A stretch of 64,000 bases of DNA from Macrostomum lignano (taxonomy: Eukaryota): NCBI GenBank assembly GCA_002269645.1, contig NIVC01001485.1:124001-188000 (forward strand), in the 5' to 3' direction. The notes beneath the pieces were generated by a model. That model did not search any database. It had not been told where the DNA came from and saw only the letters and a list, made by a program, of their open reading frames with translations. Position numbers and translations under genes: made by a program. Position 1 is the stretch's first letter. Each line of letters starts with the position of its first letter. Shown piece after piece: positions 40,301 to 52,000 of this stretch.

Positions 40301-40566
40301 TTATACCATATATATCTGGGTATAAATTATCAATTTTAGGTGATTAGCTATAATAAATCAATTAATTAATCAATTTTAGGTGATTAGCCATATATATCTG
40401 GGTATAAATTATCAATTTTAGGTGATTAGCTATAAGCTAAATCTTTCTGATTAGCTTTTGTATAAATATATATTATACAAAATTTATTACAAAATTTACA
40501 AAATTACAAAATTTACAAAAATTTACAAAATTACAAAATTTACAAAATAATTTTTATATTTAGGTA

Positions 40567-40612
<46 letters not shown>

Positions 40613-43600
40613 GGGTATAAATTATCAATTTTAGGTAATTAGCTATAAGCTAAATCTTTCTGATCAGCTTTTGTTATACCCTATTATGTGCTAAAGATAG
40701 TAGCACATAGCACATAGCTTCATATATGCCCTACATTAAATATGCTTTTAATTGATCCATGTTAAAAGGCCTTAAAAAGCAGTAAAAATTGATCTGTTAT
40801 TTCCAGTTTTGATTTATTCCAAATTTTTATTAGATTTTTAGTATTACTAACTATGCATTAGTGCTCTATTATGCATATGCTCGTATATCAATAAATGAAT
40901 TTAGAACTTGGTATACAGGTTTATACTTAAGCTTCATGCATAGTACATACCAAAAATATTCTAAAATATATCCTTGTACACATGCAATACCTTCATGAGT
41001 GTAGGAATATAGTCCATTTTGGCAATAGACCATTACCTATGAAAGAAACCCTAAAGCAAAAATGAAAGCAATTTTAGATAAACAGCAAGAGTTACTTTGA
41101 TTGTCTTATTAAGGCTAAATATCTTGTCATCTAATTAGTAGTATGTCTATTCTGGTGGGAATTTTTGCAACTTACCTTGGCTAGGCCCCTTGCTAGCTAG
41201 CTAGATTGGTTGGTTTGGCTTGGTGTTGCACTTATATAATTAGGGGCAGATCTGGGTACTAATCATTTTGGAAAATTACCACTTTAAGGAATCCATTCTG
41301 GCATATGGTTTGTGACAAAATGTTATGCTTTGCATTTTTGCCAACATGTTATATATTGTGTTATAATATACAAAAAGTATAAGAATATAGCAAAAAACTG
41401 CATATGTTTCAACCTCTATAATAAAGATCAATGGACTTTTAGCTCCTAGAGAGCTACTAAAGTTTGGTATAATTAGGCTTGATTACTATTCATTATATAT
41501 ATATATTTTTTTATTTTGGTTGCTATAGTATCATGGCATTATATGCCTCTAGTCTTTTTTATGTATGTATTTAGTAAGCCTAGTTTGTTTTTTTCAGTTA
41601 TTTTATTAAATAAGTATAAATTTGCTTTGGTATCAAACAGTAATTTTTTAATATTTTAATTATAAATGTATAGTATTTAATAAATAAGTTTTTTTTCTAG
41701 TAAATGTAAATATTAAGTAATCACAACTCAATTTATAGCAAACTATTAACTTTTACTTTTATGTGATTTTCAGCTTTTGCCTTATTTAAATGCTTAAGAA
41801 TTATGGTATGTAATAATGAATACTTTGTAGCTTTAGTAATATTTTGTAGTTCATAATGGTATAATTTAGCCTTTTTCCATTACCAACAGCTGGCAAACAA
41901 GCTGGTTCAATTAATACTTTAATTAATGTTTTTAGATACTCAACCACAGAGAAGTTTATAATTCAGCCAGTTGATGGTAATGAAATTCTGGTTATTGACA
42001 AACAGACAACCGATGTTTCTGTCACTGGTGAGTTGCACTTCGTTAGAATTGCAAAATATCTACAGATTGAATGAAGATACTTTATTCACAAAAATGCTAG
42101 TAGTCTACTTTTAGTAGCAAAGATAAGTATTTTTAAATTTATAAACGCCTAAAAAGCAAAAAGCATTGATCTGTTATTTTCAATTTTGATTTAATTTAAA
42201 TTTTATTGGATTTTTGTCTCCCTGTGTCTCCCTGTCTTTTCTCTGTGTCTCCCTGTCTTTTCTAGGTGTCTCCCTGTGCCTTTTCTCTGTGTCTCCCTGT
42301 GTTTACCTGTCTTTTCTCTGTGTCTCCCTGTCTTTTCTAGGTGTCTCCCTGTGCCTTTTCTCTGTGTCTCCCTGTGTTTACCTGTCTTTTCTCTGTGTCT
42401 CCCTGTCTTTTCTAGGTGTCTCCCTGTGCCTTTTCTCTGTGTCTCCACTCTCCCTGTGTTTACCTGTCTTTTCTCTGTGTCTCCCTGTCTTTTCTAGGTG
42501 TCTCCCTGTGCCTTTTCTCTGTGTCTCCCTGTGTTTACCTGTCTTTTCTCTGTGTCTCCCTGTCTTTTCTTTGTGTGTCCCTGTCCCTGTGTAGGAATGG
42601 GGTGATGGGTTGGTGGGACATCGACCCTTGGCGGTGGGTGCAGTAGTCTACTGTTATTAGCAAAGATTAGTATTTTTTTAATAATTTCAAAGTTTAATTT
42701 TGCTACTTTCAGTAGGTAAAACAGCTTTTCTAGCTGTTTTTTTAACACCCCTTCTTGTACAGCTGATCGGTCCATTGTGCCAACAACAACTGGCACTCAG
42801 CCAACTACAATCTACGGCCTGTGGGGCATCATCCGTCTGCCTCCTCCAACGGGGCCTCAGCTGTTAACTATTCGATCTCGAGCTCTAGTTGGCAATCTGT
42901 GGGGTCACAATGTCTGGCGCGTCGATGCCACCGACGTGCTGCCGTTTCAACGCCAATCAGCCAGCCTGTCGCCGCAGCAGGCCTCCGACGCGGCCGCCTA
43001 TCTAGCCATGGTGCAGGAGGTTCTCAAAACTCCCAATTATTATTTCTCCTATACGTTAGACGTGACTCATTCCGCTCAACGTCTAGCCGACACCAGCCCG
43101 GAGTTTCGCAGTCTGGCCTTAGCCGAACGCGCCGACGAACGATTTGTTTGGAATCACCAGTTGCTAGGCGATTTAAGAGGCTTTTCCCGGTTTGCTTTGC
43201 CAATTATGCACGGATTTGTCAGCATTTGGAGTTCGGTTTATCGGGTAGGTCTGGCGCGTTGTTGATCTATGAAATATTCTGTTTGTATTTCTGCTCCTTT
43301 CCAGCAAATCTCACTCCCCATTCTTCCCCATCCTCCCAGTGATCCCTAATCCTGCTTCCCATTCTTTCCATTCCTCCCAGTGAAACCTAATCCCACTACC
43401 CATTCTCTCCATCCTCCCAGTGATCCTGATCCCTTTCTCCCTTCTTCCCCATCCTCCCAGTGATCCTGATCCCTTTCTCCCCTCTTCCCCATCCTCCCAG
43501 TGATCCCTAATCCCACTACCCATTCTCTCCATCCTCCCAGTGATCCCTAATCCCTTTCTCCCCTCTTCCCCATCCTCCCAGAGATCCCTAATCCCACTAC

Positions 43601-46600
43601 CCATTCTTCCCCATCCTCCCAGTGATCCCTAATCCCACTACCCATTCTCTCCATCCTCCCAGTGATCCCTAATCCCTTTCTCCCCTCTTCCCCATCCTCC
43701 CAGAGATCCCTAATCCCACTACCCATTCTTCCCCATCCTCCCAGAGATCCCTAATCCCACTACCCATTCTTCCCCATCCTCCCAGTGATCCCTAATATCC
43801 CACGCTCATCTCTTAACCATGTTTCTAGTGATTCCTCTATGACTCTTTATCTCCTTCATACCCCGATTATCCGATTATCCCGAATCCCATTCCCCGCGTC
43901 CCAATCCTTACAGGACCGGGCATTCGACTACGCCCTGATCAGCCGGCGCTCCCGATTCCGGGCCGGGGTTCGATTCTACATGCGCGGCGCCGACGAGAAT
44001 GGCTGCGTGGCCAATTTTGTAGAGACAGAGCAGCTGGTCCAGGCGCAGGGTCAAAAGTTCAGCTTTGTGGTGACTCGCGGCTCCGTGCCGCTCAGCTGGT
44101 CGCAGTATCCCAATTTAAAGTACAAGCCGAAACCGGACCTGGCTAAGGAGGCCCATCTGCAGGCGGCCGTGTTCTCCGCTCACTTCAATAATCAGGTTTG
44201 GAAATTTTATCGTTTTTTTATTTAGTTAACGCCAAGTCCTTGTGTGACGCCAAATCCAATCCAGTAGAATTCCGGCTGTTTATGGTGCCAAATCCAATTT
44301 AGTAGAATTCCAGGTGTTTTATGGCACCAAATCCAATCCAGTAGAATTTGAGGTGTTTATGGTGTCAAATCCAATCCAGTAGAATTCCAGGTGTTTTATG
44401 GCACCAAATCCAATCCAGTAGAATTTGAGGTGTTTTATGGTGTCAACTCCAATCCAGTAGAATTTCAGGTGTTTTATGGTGTCAAATCCAATCCAGTAGA
44501 ATTCCGGCTGTTTTATGGTGTCAACTCCAATCCAGTAGAATTCCAGGTGTTTTATGGTGTCAACTCCAATCCAGTAGAATTCCAGGTGTTTTATGGTGTC
44601 AACTCCAATCCAGTAGAATTCCGGCTGTTTTATGGTGTCAACTCCAATCCAGTAGAATTCCAGGTGTTTTATGGTGTCAACTCCAATCCAGTAGAATTCC
44701 AGGTGTTTTATGGTGTCAACTCCAATCCAGTAGAATTCCAGGTGTTTTATGGTGTCAACTCCAATCCAGTAGAATTCCGGCTGTTTTATGGTGTCAACTC
44801 CAATCCAGTAGAATTCCAGGTGTTTTATGGTGTCAACTCCAATCCAGTAGAATTCCGGCTGTTTTATGGTGTCAACTCCAATCCAGTAGAATTCCAGGTG
44901 TTTTATGGTGTCAACTCCAATCCAGTAGAATTTCAGGTGTTTTATGGTGTCAACCCCAATCCAGTAGAATTCCGGCTGTTTTATGGTGTCAACTCCAATC
45001 CAGTAGAATTCCGGCTGTTTTATGGTGTCAACTCCAATCCAGTAGAATTCCAGGTGTTTTATGGTGTCAACTCCAATCCAGTAGAATTCCGGCTGTTTTA
45101 TGGTGTCAACCCCAATCCAGTAGAATTCCAGGTGTTTTATGGTGTCAACTCCAATCCAGTAGAATTCCAGGTGTTTTATGGTGTCAACTCCAATCCAGTA
45201 GAATTCCAGGTGTTTTATGGTGTCAACTCCAATCCAGTAGAATTCCAGGTGTTTTATGGTGTCAAATCCAATCCAGTAGAATTTCAGGTGTTTTATGGTG
45301 TCAACCCCAATCCAGTAGAATTCCAGGTGTTTTATGGTGTCAACTCCAATCCAGTAGAATTCCAGGTGTTTTATGGTGTCAAATCCAATCCAGTAGAATT
45401 TCAGCTGTTTTATGGTGTCAACTCCAATCCAGTAGAATTCCAGGTGTTTTATGGTGTCAAATCCAATCCAGTAGAATTTCAGCTGTTTTATGGCGCCAAA
45501 TCCAGTCCAGTAGAATTCCAGCTGTTTTATGGCGCCAAATCCAATCCAGTAGAATTCCAGCTGTTTTATGGCGCCAAATCCAATCCAGTAAAATTCCAGC
45601 TGTTTTATGGCGCCAAATCCAGTCCAGTAGAAAGCCATCAAACTCCTATCCCACATCGCAGGTGTTCACTCACAGGTACGGCAAGCAAATAGTAATCAAT
45701 TTGCTGGACACCAAAGGCGCCGAACGCGAGCTGTGCGCCAGTTTCAGCCGCAGCTGCTCTCAGCCGGAGCTGCTCGGCGCCGCCGAGGTTCGCTACGAGC
45801 ATTTCGACTTTCACAAGGAGTGCAGCCGGATGCGCTGGGACCGGCTGTCTCTGCTCATGGACCGGACCGAGCCTGATCATCAGGCTATGGGATATTTTCA
45901 TATTGCAGCCGATGGTCAGTCAGCCTCCGATCGTTATGCTTACGCCTTATCTAATTATTCTCCCATTGTACTCTCAACCCGCCTCGTCTTCCCCTCGTCA
46001 CCGGTCTTTTCTTACCCTCTCTTCACCTACCTTGCTTTACCCTCTCTTCACCCGCCTTACCTTACCCTCTCTTCACTCGCCTTGCTTTACCCTCTCTTCA
46101 CCCACCTCGCCTCACCCTCTTCACCCGCCTCTCCTTACCCTCTCTTCACCCGCCTTGCTTTACCCTCTCTTCACCCGCCTCTCCTTACCCTCTCCTCTCA
46201 CCCGCCTTACCTTACCCTCTCTTCACTCGCCTTGCGTTACCCTCTCTTTACCCACCTCGCCTCACCCTCTTCACCCGCCTCGCCTTACCCTCTTCACCCG
46301 CCTCGCCTCACCTTCTTCACCCGCCTCGCCTTACCCTTTCCTTACTCGCCTTATCTAGCCCCTATCTAACTCTCCTCATCGCCTCATCCGTCGCCTCATC
46401 ACTTGGCAGGCTCGGTGGCTCTCCAACAGAAGAGTGTATTCCGGGTGAACTGCATAGATTGCCTAGACCGCACCAATGTAGTGCAAGGCATGCTGGCTAG
46501 GCGGGTACTGCTAGACCAATTCCGTTCTCTTGGCTGGCTAGAAGACGGCGCCAATGGCCGCCTATCCGACGATGTTGAACGATTTCTAAAGAACGTCTGG

Positions 46601-47564
46601 GCCGACAATGCAGACACGCTGGCCCAGCAGTACACGGGCACTGGCGCTTTGAAGGCCGATTTCACGCGCACTGGCAAGCGCACTAAATACGGCGCACTGA
46701 TGGACGGCTACAACAGCATGGTCAGATATGCTAAGAATAATTTCACCGATGGATTTCGTCAGGACGCTATCGATTTGTTTTTGGGCAATTATCAACCGGA
46801 ACCGGGTGCGGCTAGTCCCTTTGAAGTTGCCGCCGAATCGGCTAGCTTGATGAAGAGAGCCCTACCAGCTGCCGCTTTGATTGGCCTGGCTCTGCTAGTG
46901 ATGCGAATTCTGCTACCAGCTGGTGAGTGACAGTTTGGGATGCTGTTCTTTAAGGTGGGGTTCTTCTGGTGTACTTTTACTGGGATTCCTTAAATGATTT
47001 CCAAGATTATTGAATTAGGGATAAAGGGATATTCTTAGAATGATCTGTTAGTAAGATTCTTAAAATAATCCCCAGTGGGATTCTTGGAATGACCCGAAAG
47101 TGGGATTCTTTAAATTATCGCTAAGCTTTATTTTTATAATGATTCTAAAGTAAGATCAGTAAGTATATCTAGAAATAGAATGTTCCCACTGATGAAAATT
47201 TTCTGTATCGACATGTCAAATGCAGTGCATTTTGCCCGCGAGCGAATTGCCCGCCGAGTTTTTTCTCGCCGTGAATGGCCGCAAATTTTTTTTGGGGGGG
47301 GGGGGCATTGCAGACAGAATCTAGCTGCCAAATGCGCTGGACCCTGTTTATGTGATGTTTTTTTTAAACTCCATTGGATTTTCACCCCCCCCCCTCCATT
47401 TCTCTTCTCTCCGCACAGAGCGCTGGACAGACACGGTACTGCACTGTCTGATATTCATCGGCCTGATAGCGCTGTCGCTGTTCGGCATTGTCCGCCATGG
47501 CGACGAGTTCGTGGACCGGCCTCGCCTGGCCCTGAAAATTGACCGGCAAAAGAAGCGTCAGTGA
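37388..47564 (+). CDS. SAC1: SAC1 phosphatidylinositol-4-phosphate phosphatase (SACM1L ortholog), ~596 aa. Exons 37388-37410, 41936-42027, 42763-43244, 43914-44195, 45662-45914, 46410-46922, 47419-47564
   Basis: [64 protein letters not shown], catalytic CX5R motif [16 protein letters not shown], two C-terminal TM helices. All splice phases close (1791 nt). Confidence 0.95.
39590..39851. mobile_element. MITE-like element, 262 bp, ~56-bp TIRs
   Basis: catgcctcccctgaagagagaattcggtcgatacaatatgccctgaaaac matches the reverse complement of 39796-39851 with 4 mismatches; AGAA on both flanks. Confidence 0.75.
40156..40698. repeat. Foldback/palindromic element with internally duplicated ~65-bp arms and a (TA)n centre
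   Basis: caaaagctgatcagaaagatttagcttatagctaatcacctaaaattgataatttata occurs twice direct and at least twice inverted. Confidence 0.8.
42215..42590. repeat. Pyrimidine-rich intronic repeat with a 75-bp higher-order unit
   Basis: SAC1 intron 42028-42762. Confidence 0.9.
43305..43790. repeat. C-rich intronic minisatellite, ~38-40-bp unit (ccatcctcccagtgatccctaatcccactacccattct)
   Basis: SAC1 intron 43245-43913. Confidence 0.9.
44245..45635. repeat. Intronic minisatellite, 39-bp unit (ggtgtcaactccaatccagtagaattccaggtgttttat)
   Basis: About 35 copies filling SAC1 intron 44196-45661. Confidence 0.97.
45985..46370. repeat. Degenerate C/T-rich intronic repeat (cttaccctctcttcacccgcc)
   Basis: SAC1 intron 45915-46409. 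Confidence 0.85.
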
Positions 47565-48339
47565 ACTTTACATGCAAAAAGCTATAATGCTAAATACCAT
47601 TGGCTAGTAGACGTGCGATGTTAAGACTTGGTAATTAAATTATTTTTACGTTCGCAAAAATTTATTTTTTCCTAATGGTCATTGTGCGCTACTTGCTCTA
47701 CTGACGAGTAATAGCAGTAGTATCTGCAACATATAAATCAAGATTTGGACTATTTCTGTTATGTGCTAGCAACGTAAATGATCACTCTCATAATTTCCCA
47801 CCTGGTGACCGGTAAGGCCTCCATAATAGAATTTGTGCTGTGATTGAACTATTTATTTGACTTTTCTCCCATAACAGCAATCCATGTTTGAATCATATTA
47901 TACATCTAATCTGTATACATTCTAATGCTTGATAGCAAAGTATTAAATATTTTATTCGTACTGAATTAGCGCTAATTAATGGTTGAGTTCTCCAAAAAGC
48001 CCACTGTTATAAACCAAGGCCGTTGATACATGTTTTGTTAATTAGCTATCGTTTAAGCGCCCTATATTGATCCGTTATTCGCTTGTTGTAAGAGTAGTAT
48101 AGCATAAACATTTGTGAACATTAACATGATTCGTATTTACTATTCGTTATTATCAATCAATAATTGTCCTACTCATCAATGTGACGACTAATGATGATGA
48201 TTAATATATGCAAAAAAATTATTGAGTCTACTTTGAGTTACAGTATTCCAAATCAGTCTTTTTGTGGTTCTATCAAGCGTTGTGGTTGGAAAAAATTTAT
48301 CCTCAGGGTTCTGTGTCTCCCTAGCAACTCACGAGTCCT

Positions 48340-48850
48340 CGAAGTTGTGTTTCCCCAGCAACTCATCAGCTGGACAGGATTGTTTCCCCAGCAACTCATC
48401 AGCTCCTCAGGATTGTTTCCCCAGCAACTCATCAGCTCCTCAGGATTGTTTCCCCAGCAACTCATCAGCTCCTCAGGATTGTTTCCCCAGCAACTCATCA
48501 GCTGGACAGGATTGTTTCCCCAGCAACTCATCAGCTGGACAGGATTGTTTCCCCAGCAACTCATCAGCTCCTCAGGATTGTTTCCCCACGTCTCATCAGC
48601 TCCTCAGGATTGTTTCCCCAGCAACTCATCAGCTCCTCAGGATTGTTTCCCCAGCAACTCATCAGCTCCTCAGGATTGTTTCCCCAGCAACTCATCAGCT
48701 CCTCAGGATTGTTTCCCCAGCAACTCATCAGCTCCTCAGGATTGTTTCCCCAGCAACTCATCAGCTCCTCAGGATTGTTTCCCCAGCAACTCATCAGCTT
48801 CTCAGGATTGTTTCCCCAGCAACTCATCAGCTCCTCAGGATTGTGTATCC
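48340..48850. repeat. Intergenic minisatellite, 33-bp unit (cagcaactcatcagctcctcaggattgtttccc)
   Basis: Lies between the SAC1 stop and the KPTN start. Confidence 0.95.
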
Positions 48851-49048
48851 GTAGCTCCTCATGACGCATTTTTTTTCATATCTTTAACGCAGTTGATTCT
48901 ATCTAGTACCAGCGCTGTTGTGTATCAATAGCTGCTTTATTGTTTTTTTTCTAGTCGTGCTTCTTGTAAAATAAAGTCAAGTCGCTTTAAAATTGTACCC
49001 GCAGCGGTAGCGGAAATCTCTTAACAGCGCCCCAGCAGCGCCAGCGCC

Positions 49049-52000
49049 ATGCACTATAACGAGCTGCAATTTTCCCCGCTAGACAGCGCCGGAAATGCTT
49101 ATAGCATCTGTCTTGTTGAGCCGGACTCCGCCGGTTCTAAACCGCTCGGTCCCAACGCCGATCGCGCTGTCTGCTTAGTCGCTATCGCCGGTGGCATAGT
49201 CTACGCTATCCGTTTCGCCGATCTTGACAATCGTCAGCGTTGCACTCCGCTGGTAGTCAGCCGTTATATTCTGTTGGATTTGAAGTCTAATTTCCATGCC
49301 AAACGCAAGATGTTTGGTATGTTGTCTCGAGTACACGCAGATAGGCTTGCTAAATTAATTACTTTCGTGTTATATAGTATTTATATAAAAAAGGTTGTAT
49401 TTCTGTCAATCTTAATTTTAGCTTATTCGTCAGTTTGTCGTGATTAGATCTGTTATTAGTTGGAGCGGGGGCTATATCGAGGTTTAGAGTTCGAGTGGTG
49501 AATTCGCGTACATCGGGGGTAAAGAGTTATAAAGCGGTCAATTTGCGTACATCGGGGGTAGAGAGTTATAGAGCGGTCATTTTGCGTACATCGGGGGTAG
49601 AGAGTTATAGAGCGGTCATTTTGCGTACATCGGGGGTAGAGAGTTATAAAGCGGTCAGCTTGCGTACATCGAGGGTGAAGAGTTATAGAGCGGTCATTTT
49701 GCGTACATCCGGGGTAGAGAGTTATAGAGCGGTCATTTTGCGTACATCGGGGGTAGAGAGTTATAAAGCGGTCAATTTGCGTACATCGGGGGGTAGAGAG
49801 TTATAGAGCGGTCAGCTTGCGTACATAATGTAAGTTGCCACTGTGTGTACGAATTTTAGGTACAAATTTATAAACATGCTTCTTTGTTAATTACAAAGTA
49901 CTCAAAAAATGAACACGAACAATTCCAGACGAAGTTGTTGCTTTCGACGTTGAAATCTGCTCAATAGACTCATTGCAAGCGAATGGCAAGACTTTTGTAG
50001 GCTTGACGTTTTCCAAGGTAATTGATAATTAATTTAGTAAATGTTATTATTAAAGCCTATTGTCATTACCAAAGAAAATCATTAATCTTTTAATCTCCAG
50101 GCCACCAGGAAGCCAGATAGCAACGAGCCAATTACGTACGGGTTCGCCCTATTCGAATTGGTTCGCTCAAGCGAAACTAAAAAGATGGAGCTTGTCTATT
50201 TATTCAAGCACAAGCTGGCTTATATGCCGTCGTTACTAACCCATACAAAGTAAGCTCTGATTGTTTCAGCGTCTTGTTGGTATTTCTTCGGCAAATAGAT
50301 AACTATATTTAGCATAGATACTAGATAGCCTCTTATAAATGTTTGAGTTCAAACTTTCATCCATAATATTTTACTTTAGAATATACCGGCTACACGAGAG
50401 CAAGCTCGAAGATGTATTTGTGTGTTTCTGCTTTGAAAAATCGCGCCACGATATGGGCTGCGATTGCGAAGTGTTCTCGCTAAATCAGGCAAGTTAAATA
50501 ACACTTAATTGAGCCTTTTTGGTGCAAATTTTACCATTATTTTAATAATTTGTGTCGTATTTTGCTGCCAGCTTAATTCTTTCCTTTATGGATAGAAAAA
50601 TGTGGTAATCTATAAATGCATGAATTATCGCGAAAAGTGCAATTTATTTTTGTTAATCTTTTGCGCACAGTTTGTTTATAAATGAACATAAACAATTAAC
50701 TACGAGTATTTTATTCTACAAGACAAAAAAACAATGAGTCATCAGATTCGATTATAAAAATGCTACTTTCACACCCAATAACAGCATTTGCGTGATCTAG
50801 TCGTTTTAATCGTGTTTTGTCCCCGTGTCCGTTTGATTTTATGGGTCAATTGGTGGTTTTTACTTTTTAACAAGGCTCAACTCAACATACTTTCTGAATC
50901 TCTTCTAATCTACAAATCTGGTTGCGTGTGTTAGTATGATTTATCTCGCTAACCATTTTATGGTCTGTTTTATTATCCGGCCTGCCTCGCTGGCTAATGT
51001 TGTGCAGTGTGCTGGTTATCGATTTTTTCTTTTGATTGGCCTGCCGCACTTGATTTAGCTCGTAACCATCTTCTATTTTCACCGTGTTTACCAGTGCCCA
51101 GTAAGGCTTGTCTAATGACTGTTTTCCGTCCCTCCTACCCTCTAACCCCACCCCCTCTCCTTTCCCTCTCTGACCCCTATATGTGTACATTGCGACTAGG
51201 ACTTATCGATTTTAGTAACAGTCTTCCAACCACAGTACTCTCACCCCTCTTCTCTATCCACGCTAATCCACACTTTTATTGTCGCGTAGGCTTTTAAAAA
51301 GCTTTGATCGCAGCCTTGCCACAATAGTTCTTGTAAAAAGTCTCTTAAACTCTACAAACTAATTACTGACTACCAGTGGATAGATAGCCTATTTCAGCTT
51401 CAACTCTAACATATGCAGTTATGTTTTGTTTATTTATTTTACAATCAGTTGGCATTGCCATGTACTCACTGCAATGCCTCTATTAAGTAAAATTTAACCC
51501 GTAGTCTTTTAATCCTTTTGATAATTTTGAACTGTTTTAACTAATTTTTTCAGATAAGTAGTGCTAAGTGCCCTACTGGTAATTATTATTGAATGCAGAT
51601 ATCAGATAACAAGATTGCAAAGCTTGCTTTTTGCGTATGATTTTTTACCGCATACTAATGTATAGATAAACGCTTTTATTGATTTTCCTTGGAGCATTTT
51701 AAGAGAATTAATAAAGATCTAACTAGCAGTTTTTGCTGTTTTAACTGTTCGATAAAAAAATTAAACTAATTTTTACTGTTAATGCAGTACGGTATTTACG
51801 CTAGTTGATTGTATATTATACCCTTAATTTTTCTCTTATCTAATCGCGCTACCCTGAATTTTATTATGTTTTTCAGCACGAAAAAGAAAATCTTCGACAG
51901 CAGTACTTTCCGGATATTGAGCATCCACTCAAAAAGTAAGTTTTAGCGACACAATAGTCTGTCAAAATCGTTCTCTAAGCTACAACTTGGAAGTAGAGCT

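Noticed and set aside
44319-45692. 433-445 aa repetitive ORFs on both strands (also those at 17322, 20135, 21540, 22241, 42214, 48191, 49495, 52171, 56555)
   Set aside because: Unit lengths or compositions of the tandem repeats simply lack stops; there are no domain features and they lie in introns or intergenic gaps.
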